Under the pieces are notes generated by a model that was given only the letters and a program-made list of their open reading frames with translations, made no database searches and was not told the DNA's origin. Positions 25,691 to 32,000 of a stretch of 32,000 bases of DNA are shown here, piece by piece. Origin of the DNA: Candidatus Saccharimonadota bacterium (GTDB taxonomy: Bacteria > Patescibacteriota > Saccharimonadia > Saccharimonadales > UBA4665); NCBI GenBank assembly GCA_016699935.1, contig CP064992.1, positions 1,140,001 through 1,172,000 on the forward strand, given 5' to 3'. The translations under genes and the position numbers were made by a program. Position 1 is the stretch's first letter. Each line of letters begins with the position of its first letter.

Positions 25691-26563
25691 CTAGCGTGGG
25701 CGAGTGAGAGCAGTTTTGTGGGCGGCAAGCTCGGTGTGATCGTCAAGCGCGGGGAGTTCGACGTCATCATAGCGGCGAGAAAGGGCGAGATGAAGGAGCT
25801 CATCGGCAAAGACGGGGTTTTTGACGAGGACGGGACCGTGGCTGTAGGTACCAAAGACGTTGCGCACGCGGCAACCTTCGGTTTTGTCTCGGCCGTTATT
25901 GCCATCTCCTTTGGTGACCCTACCAAGAGCGAGGCTACCATCGTCCAAGGTACTAATACCGCTATGGTTTTCGTAGCCGACTACTTCACCGAAAGGCGTG
26001 TCGTACGTGGTGTTACCTATCATGCGCACGTCGCCGCCAACCGTTTCAAGCGGCAGTATACCGATGCCTTTGATTTCCTGACCCTCATGCGTCACAAAGC
26101 GGCGCCCAAACAACTGGTACATGCCGCATATCATAAGCATGACGACATCGTCTTCGGCCATCTTTGTCAGCTGGGCTGCCTTGGCCTGCAGATCATCCTG
26201 GATTTTGCCCTGCCCTGCATCTTGCCCACCCCCGCCGATAATGATGTCGGTTTCATCTGGGATGGTATCTCCAACACCGACCAGTTTTACTTGGACTTCA
26301 ATACCGCGCCACTCCGCCCGCCTCTGGAGTACGAGCCGGTTCCCCGTGTCGCCGTAAATGTTCATTTCCTTGGGGTACAGATGCACAATAGTCAGGGATT
26401 TAGTGGCTGGACGCTGGAAGTTGGACGTTAGGGGTGTGTCATCCTGAGCGAAGCGTAGCGAAGTCGAAGGATCTCTTTGTTTCCTAGAAGATTCTTCACT
26501 TTCGTTCAGAATGACACTCTGTAAACTTTGCTCTTTGCTCTTTGCCCTTTGCCCTTTTTTCAT
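25691..26563 (-). CDS. gatD: lipid II isoglutaminyl synthase glutaminase subunit GatD (CobQ-type amidotransferase), with a repeat-encoded N-terminal extension
   Basis: The core LTIVHLYPKEMNIYGDTGNRLVLQRRAEWRGIEV...ICGMYQLFG...GYENHSG...GTYSHGP aligns by eye with S. aureus GatD, including the catalytic Cys in ICG and His in HGP. The only in-frame start upstream of the conserved first strand is ATG 26563, which overlaps the murT stop (ATGA). This adds about 55 aa encoded by repeats. Confidence 0.85.
   Translation of the reverse strand: MKKGQRAKSKEQSLQSVILNESEESSRKQRDPSTSLRFAQDDTPLTSNFQRPATKSLTIVHLYPKEMNIYGDTGNRLVLQRRAEWRGIEVQVKLVGVGDTIPDETDIIIGGGGQDAGQGKIQDDLQAKAAQLTKMAEDDVVMLMICGMYQLFGRRFVTHEGQEIKGIGILPLETVGGDVRMIGNTTYDTPFGEVVGYENHSGISTLDDGSLALGRVTKGDGNNGRDKTEGCRVRNVFGTYSHGPVLVKNPVFADELLHLALSRRYDDVELPALDDHTELAAHKTALTRPR
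26436..26517. repeat. 82-bp imperfect palindromic repeat element inside the gatD 5-prime region
   Basis: The left arm is gtgtcatcctgagcgaagcgtagcgaagtcgaaggatc. The reverse complement of the right arm is gtgtcattctgaacgaaagtgaagaatc. On the gatD strand it translates as ...SVILNESEESSRKQRDPSTSLRFAQDDT.... Confidence 0.8.
26526..26560. repeat. 7-bp tandem repeat (CTTTGCY), four copies plus a degenerate fifth, at the gatD start
   Basis: Read directly: ctttgct ctttgct ctttgcc ctttgcc ctttttt. On the coding strand it gives MKKGQRAKSKEQS. Confidence 0.85.
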
Positions 26564-27837
26564 GCTTCGTCTCCCAGGCCCGAGTAAATGCCCAAGTACA
26601 CACTACGAATCTTCAACATTGCAGTGTAGGTACAGAATAAAATAGCTTCACCGCCGTCGGTCGCTGCGCGTTCGTTGAGGGCGGTCACGTATTCACCGAG
26701 ATCCTCGTACGCTGCAACTGTTTTCACTCCGTCATATTTAAGCCGATTTGCCATGTCTGCCGCGCGGACGCCACCACACAACACTGGACGCTGCAAGGAC
26801 TCAAACGATACATCCCATAACCAGGATACATCACGGCCATCTGGGTAATCATCGTTAATGGCAATCCCAATCGTTGTATACGACTTCAGATCGAGCATAC
26901 GGAGCGCCTGCGTAAACCCCCCAGGGTTTTTGACGAGCTGAAGGGTGAGCTTACCGCCGCCAGGTACATCAATAACTTCACCGCGACCGAAAGCCGGCTC
27001 AACGGTGAGAATCGCCTCGGCTAGCTTAGTTGTATCAGGCGCAGGCACCACCTGGTACAGCACTGTGAGCGCCGCCGTGAGGTTAAGAGCGTTATGTCCC
27101 CCCTGCAGCTGGTAGCGGTAGCGGTGAGGCGTACCGTGGATACTTACAGATACCGACGCCTCATCATAACCAGTGAGCAGCACGTCTGGCTCGCCGCCAA
27201 GGGCATAGGTGACCGTTTCAGCGTGGTAGAGCTGGTCATCAGTTAGAAACTCTGCCTGCAAATCTGCGCTATGGGCATACCACACTGTTTTCACATCGTC
27301 ACCCACCAAAATTGTACTAACGCGCTCGTCGTTAGCGCTCAGGACAACATATTCTGTAGCTGAACGCGCAAGGGTTTCTAGGAGTTTCAGGGTCGTATCG
27401 ATTTCGCCAAACCGATCCATTTGATCACGCATGATATTGAGCACCAGCACGCCACGCGGGCGGACAACCTTAGCAAAATGCACCGCATGAGCTTCGTCTT
27501 GCTCAAAGACCGCAATATCGTATGCTAGCTTCCCATTCCAGCCTGCTTTATCTACCACTGCGCTGATGATACCCCGCACGAAGTTGCTGCCTGTTGGATT
27601 GGTCAGCACGCGGAGCCCTGCGCCTCAAGCAGCTTGCTAATGATTTTGGTGGTCGTTGTTTTGCCATTGGTGCCAGAGACGACAATGACCCCTGCGGCAG
27701 CTGCGCCAGCATATCAGGCAAAAAAGGTGCGGGCTAACCTTTTCAACAATCCGACCAGGCAACGCCGAACCCGTCCGGCCAAATGCCCGCAAGCCTTTGA
27801 GTGTCACTTTTCCAACCGAGAGACCAAGAAAATGCAT
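26560..27837 (-). CDS. murT: lipid II isoglutaminyl synthase ligase subunit MurT (Mur ligase family); three frame breaks in the 5-prime part
   Basis: ORF 26560..27609 aligns by eye with S. aureus MurT (FRDQMDRFGEID, GGHNALNLTAA, VKNPGGF, NDDYPDGRDVSWLWD, GGVRAADMANRL). The N-terminus is reconstructed as MHFLGLSVGKVTLKGLRAFGRTGSALPGRIVEKV... / DMLAQLPQG / VIVVSGTNGKTTTTKIISKLLEAQG / LRVLTNPTGSNF. Breaks lie near 27735, 27705 and 27615. TATAAT sits 8 nt upstream of the ATG at 27837. Confidence 0.85.
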
Positions 27838-27916
27838 ACGAAAGTATTATAGATTATTGGCTTAATATTGCCGAATTATGGCGCGTCAGCTGGCAGAATA
27901 GATTGGGCGAATGCAA

Positions 27917-28985
27917 TCATTTTTCTGCATTTTCAATCTGTCGTGCTCTTGCCGTAGCGATGTGTGGAGGCATATGCCTTAAAGCCAAACCCATCACGAT
28001 GTTGCCTGGTGCACTCTCAAAATCGACCATTTGTTGCTCTCCCGGCAACACCCAGGGCATATCAGCAACTAAACCAGCGAGTTCACCTCTGAGCATCAGG
28101 CCAGGAGAATGTTGTAAAATACTGGGGTCACGTTTTGATTTTATACGGGTCCAGAGGTTCGGGTCTCTTGCAAGCGCTTCCATCACATCTTGTTGCCCTG
28201 TAGGAATTTCTGAATAGGGGTACCATGCACCGTAACGTGGATTCGTAACTGTTACACTATTTGTCTTATTGTAAGAAAAGAAGGTAGTACCCAGATATGC
28301 GACTTGTGCATATACAGCATGATAAGCAAGTCGTTTTATGTCTTCTTGGCTGAGGGTAATGCCTTAATACTGTCAGGATCATTGGGCCTATCTAAGCCCT
28401 GAGCAAGTAAAAACCCTATTATCGTTGGCTCTTGCAGCCGCTGAGTAGGCTTAGGTTGTGTCGGGAAAACGCTATAGCTATTGGCTCCCGAATTCATTCT
28501 ATCAAATGCATGTAGCCATGGGCGCGCAATATCATGAACCGCCTGCACAGATGTAGGTGTGTGGGGAGAAGGGATCCCTGTTTGTTTTGATTGTATAATT
28601 TCTTCAAGGACCAGGCGAGGTAAGATTGCATCTACGGGACGCGGTACGTCGAAATGGTATGACACTACTGGTGCGGAATGACTTTTAAGTGCCAAATCAA
28701 TCGTGTCAATCGCTGGGTACTACTTGGCACGGGCGCTGCTTCACTAAACACAACTGCCTGCCCTAGTAAATATACTGCAAGCTTACTACCGTTCCATCCA
28801 CTTGAACCTGCCAAGCGTTCAACCTCAACCCAAGCCCTTAATAATTCTAACGGAGGCTCACCCTGACGAGCTAATACACTATGGGCTTCCTCAACAGCAC
28901 GATCCATCCAGTGTTCACGCAAATCATCCAGATCTTGGCCCGGATAGCCACTACCGGAGAAATCTACCTCTATACCTACTCCCAT
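27917..28985 (-). CDS. hypothetical protein (about 355 aa); two frame breaks
   Basis: Three consecutive minus-strand ORFs in frames 2, 0, 1 (28665..28985, 28336..28695, 27917..28186) join cleanly. The first join is at a C-run near 28715 (VPSSTP/AIDTIDLALKSHS). The second is near 28345 (DPDSIKG/ITLSQEDIKRLAYH). No family recognised. Confidence 0.45.
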
Positions 28986-29026
28986 GTCAGCAATTCTACC
29001 CTATAGTTGCTACAATGAAAACATTT

Positions 29027-30269
29027 TTATAGTATTTCGACGAGGGCGGAGTCGCGGTAGGCTTTGCCGCGGCGTAAGAGGAGGCGGCCATTCTGAAACA
29101 ACCCGGGATTGAAGTTTTCATCTGTTGTTTTCACCCCATTTATAGAAACGGCATTTCCTTAAGCAGGCGACGAGCCTCGCCATTGCTGCTCGCAAGACCA
29201 GCACTGACGAGTGCGGCTAACACAGAACCATCAGTACTTGATTGCACACAAAGGAATTTCTGCCCGCAGGGCAACCACCGTTGTTCGTCGGCCTCACCGA
29301 CGGAGGCGTCACCCACCAGGCATGAGGTGACTTTTTGGGCTGTCAAGAGCGCTTCGTCGCCGTGAACCAGCCGTGTGACTTCTTCGGCTAGTCGAGTTTG
29401 GGCGTAGCGAGCGCCGGGATTCTCGCGCTGTTTTGCCATGATGACTTCTACTTCTTCTCGGCTGAGTAGTGTGAATACCTTCAGATAATCTTCGGCGCCA
29501 AGATCGTCACAGTTAATCCAGAACTGGTAAAAGGCCGTTGGTGTGGTTTTGGCTGGGTCAAGCCAGACGGCGCCGCCCTCGCTTTTGCCAAACTTCACGC
29601 CCGTAGATTTATTTACGATTAACGGTGCCGTCAAATGTGGGCTTCACCACCCGCCACACGGCGGATGAGTTCTACACCGGCAATGCAGTTGCCCCATTGG
29701 TCGAGCCAGCCACCTGAAGCGTTGCGCCCATTTCCCGGTAGAGGTGCAAGAAATCATAGCCTTGGATGAGTGCGTAGCTGAATTCGGCGTAGGATATACC
29801 ACTACCGTCATCGCCAAGACGCTCTTGGACAAACTCACGGCCAAGCATCTGACGTACCGGCACATGTTTGCCGACGTCACGCAGGAAATCAAGGTAACCC
29901 ATACCCTTGAACCAATCGTAGTTGTCAACAATTTCAAAGTCGTGCCCCGCAGAAGATTTTACGATACTGCTCAGATATACCACGCTTGTTGCGTTCGATA
30001 TCTTCAACCGATAAGAGGTCACGTTCCTGTTTTTACCGTCTGGGTCACCTATCATCCCTGTCGCGCCGCCCACAAGCAATATGGCCTTGTGGCCGTGGTC
30101 TATGAAGTGGCGGATCATCATAGCGACAGCAAAATTCCCCACCGTCATACTGTCGGCGCTGGGGTCAACCCCAATAAAACGTGATAGGATCTCCGTTTAA
30201 AACTGATGTGTCTTTGTAAGTAGTCTGGTTGGTAAAACCGCGCCAGGTTAGTTTGTCTGATAATGTCAT
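29027..30269 (-). CDS. tyrS: tyrosine--tRNA ligase; four frame breaks
   Basis: Reconstructed sequence: MTLSDKLTWRGFTNQTTYKD...ITF-IGVDPSADSMTVGNFAVAMMIRHF (HIGH-region equivalent), LLVGGATGMIGDPDGK, LQVAGSDQWGNCIAGVELIRR, LIVNKSTGVKFGKSEGGAVWLD (KMSKS-type KFGKS), and a C-terminal S4-like tail ...KENAVSINGVKTTDENF...RRGKAYRDSALVEIL-stop at 29027. Breaks lie near 30165, 29702, 29632 and 29155. Confidence 0.9.
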
Positions 30270-30295
30270 GGTGGTAGTATACAGATTTACGCTAT

Positions 30296-30375
30296 GAGAG
30301 TTAAGGGCTGTCAGATTAGAAATAAGAGTGGTGAGATAAGAGATAAGAATAGTGAGCGGAAAGTGAAAATGATGT
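30296..30375. repeat. degenerate purine-rich heptad-periodic tract related to the hisS-upstream repeat
   Basis: gagttaa gggctgt cagatta gaaataa gagtggt gagataa gagataa gaatagt gagcgga aagtgaa aatgatg. The first unit, AGAGTTAAG, is the unit of the 5248-5302 array, and its complement supplies the TTAACT -35 box for tyrS. Confidence 0.5.
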
Positions 30376-30521
30376 TAATTAGATATGAATAGCAATTTTC
30401 CCTTACTCTCTTATGTAGAATTCTGAATTCCTTTACCTAATTCCTAGATTTTGCTTGTGCTACAACGACCATATTTTGCTATACTGGTGTGCAGTATATA
30501 AGTGGAGAAACGCGTAGTTAC

Positions 30522-32000
30522 ATGAAACAGCTTGAATCGAACCGTCCGCGGCGTTCTAAAGCCAAATCGAACACATTTGTGACGCGCAGCGGCAAAACTA
30601 TTAAGGTCAACCGTTCTCTCAATGAACGCCTAAAAGCCGGCCGAGAGGCCAAAGCACGCCGGAAAGCTGCATATTTGAGCAGCCTGCCTTCGCAGCCATG
30701 GAAACGACTTCTCTACCGAATGAGTCCGAAGCGCCTTGCACGGTACTGGTTTAGTCGCGAGGAGCACTGATGGCTCTGAAAATTACTGGCATAAGCTTTG
30801 TCGTCGGTTTCTTGCTATTAGTGGGCGTTTTTGCCTACTTCCGAAAAGACCTGCCGAAAATTAATGATGTCAACGGCAGTAATTTCGGGGGCAGTATCAC
30901 CTACTACGACAGAACTGGTACGGTCCTACTCTACCAAGACTACAATGCAAAAAAACGCGTACCAGTTAAGGATGACCAGATAGCAGAAGTGATGAAGCAG
31001 GCAACTCTATCCATAGAGGACCGAAACTTTTTCAAGCACGGCGCTTTTGACACGAAAGGTATCATGCGAGCCACCGTGAATGAAGTCAAGGGAGGTGGTA
31101 GCGGCCGCCAAGGTGGATCGACTATCACTCAGCAACTTGTGAAGCTCAGCGAAGGCTGGCAAAATGAGCGAACTGTAAGCCGTAAGATAAAAGAGCTCAT
31201 CCTTGCTGTCGAACTCGAACGAGAATACAGTAAAGATGAAATTTTGACTGGCTATTTGAACATGGCACCGTACGGCAATGTAAATTCCGGTGTCGAGACA
31301 GCAGCTCAGGACTACTTTGGCGTGAGTGCAAAAGACCTCAGCCTTGCTCAGGCTGCCATGCTGGCTGCAATCCCCAAGGCTCCGGGTTCTCTTTCGCCTT
31401 TTAGTAGTCAGAGTTTAACAAAAGTCTTGGTACAAATTACTTCGATAGGGAGTGGCTCATTGACCGGCAACACTACATACTCAACATCATGAAAGATGAA
31501 AAATACATTACAGCAGAGCAACGAGACACTGCCAAGAAAGTCGATATACTTGCCCAAGTAAAACCACGCCAAGATAAATATGTAAATATCAAGGCACCCT
31601 ACTTCGTCAAAGCCGCCAAAGACGAGCTCTACAAGGCATTCCCAAAAGCAGTCGTCGATAACGGCGGCTGGAAAGTCATCACCACCGTAGATATGGACTT
31701 ACAGGCTTTAGCTGAAAAGTCTATGGCCGACGGACGAGCACAGATGACACGACAACGCGCTGATGTCGGTGCGTTTGTTGCAGAAGACAATGAAACTGGG
31801 CAGATTGTTGCACTTGTTGGCGGCTGGGGGCTAGACACGCCTGGTTACGGCGAAAATAACTATGCTAACCAAATGTATATATCGCCGGGTTCAAGCATAA
31901 AACCGTATAATTACCTGACGTTCATAGATAACAATAAAAAGGTCGGCGCCGGTAGTGTCCTGTATGACACGCAGGGCCCGATTGCGCAGTACACCTGTAC
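30522..32000 (+). CDS. class A penicillin-binding protein (GT51 transglycosylase + transpeptidase), 3-prime end beyond window; two frame breaks
   Basis: ORF 30489..30770 is a basic cytoplasmic tail (KQLESNRPRRSKAKS...KRLARYWFSRE). It joins near 30760 to ORF 30770..31492, which has a TM helix and the GT51 motifs EDRNFFKHGAFD, GGSTITQQLVK and RKIKELILAVELE. That joins near 31410 to an unlisted open frame running to 32000 (...NIMKDEKYITAEQRD...VGGWGLDTPGYGENNYANQMYISPGSSIKP, an SxxK motif). I prefer the ATG at 30522 because of GGAG at 30504 and TATACT at 30480-30485. Confidence 0.85.

Noticed and set aside
25682-26431. Long + strand ORF (249 aa) overlapping gatD
   Set aside because: It is exactly antisense to a minus-strand ORF with clear GatD homology (catalytic Cys and His, alignment with S. 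aureus GatD). The + product has no recognisable motifs, so it is a shadow ORF.
29644-29937. 97-aa minus-strand ORF inside tyrS
   Set aside because: It is out of frame with, and overlaps, the tyrS fragment 29672..30148, which carries clear TyrRS homology. It is an artefact of alternative-frame openness.
2091-31500. Frame breaks read as programmed frameshifting, UGA recoding (code 4 or 25) or genuine pseudogenes
   Set aside because: The breaks occur at ordinary short homopolymers without slippery heptamers or downstream structures. They hit many unrelated essential genes. Homology resumes in a different frame rather than through a stop codon. TGA, TAA and TAG all terminate intact genes here (for example the ATGA overlaps at rsmD and gatD). 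Indel error is the simpler explanation.

Overview
Gene-dense 32-kb window from a small bacterial genome, coded almost entirely on the minus strand. Genes recognisable by motif: clpP (with a CIRCE operator over its promoter), tig, hisS, an SPFH/band-7 protein, an XRE regulator plus membrane partner, recG, the murT-gatD pair, tyrS, rsmD, a proB-like kinase, a class A PBP and tRNA-Leu(UAG). Gene content and very short leaders suggest a reduced Gram-positive-type lineage such as Patescibacteria/Saccharibacteria; this is inference only. The centre (9624-20299) is a tightly packed nine-gene minus-strand operon. In transcription order it encodes a CarS-like (archaeal CDP-archaeol synthase family) protein, a split PEP-utilising dikinase, pssA, psd, a UbiA-family prenyltransferase, a fused 847-aa dikinase of the rifampicin-phosphotransferase/PpsA architecture, a two-domain GNAT-like protein and an acyl-AMP/CoA ligase. 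I do not recognise this combination as a described pathway, and it is my main candidate for a novel system: a lipid head-group or salvage assembly line (inference). Major caveat: about 38 single-base frame breaks, mostly at short homopolymers, interrupt conserved genes, including essential single-copy ones (tyrS, hisS, tig, recG, murT). The sequence therefore most likely carries uncorrected indel errors. I report reconstructed gene spans rather than raw ORF fragments and do not call these genes pseudogenes. Other notable items: heptamer tandem repeats that coincide with -35-like boxes upstream of hisS and tyrS, a palindromic repeat element translated in frame as a 55-aa N-terminal extension of gatD, a rearranged tRNA-Leu locus with partial copies, and several near-leaderless promoters. 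No CRISPR array, transposase, integrase or rRNA was seen. All calls rest on manual translation and remembered family motifs; no database search was run.
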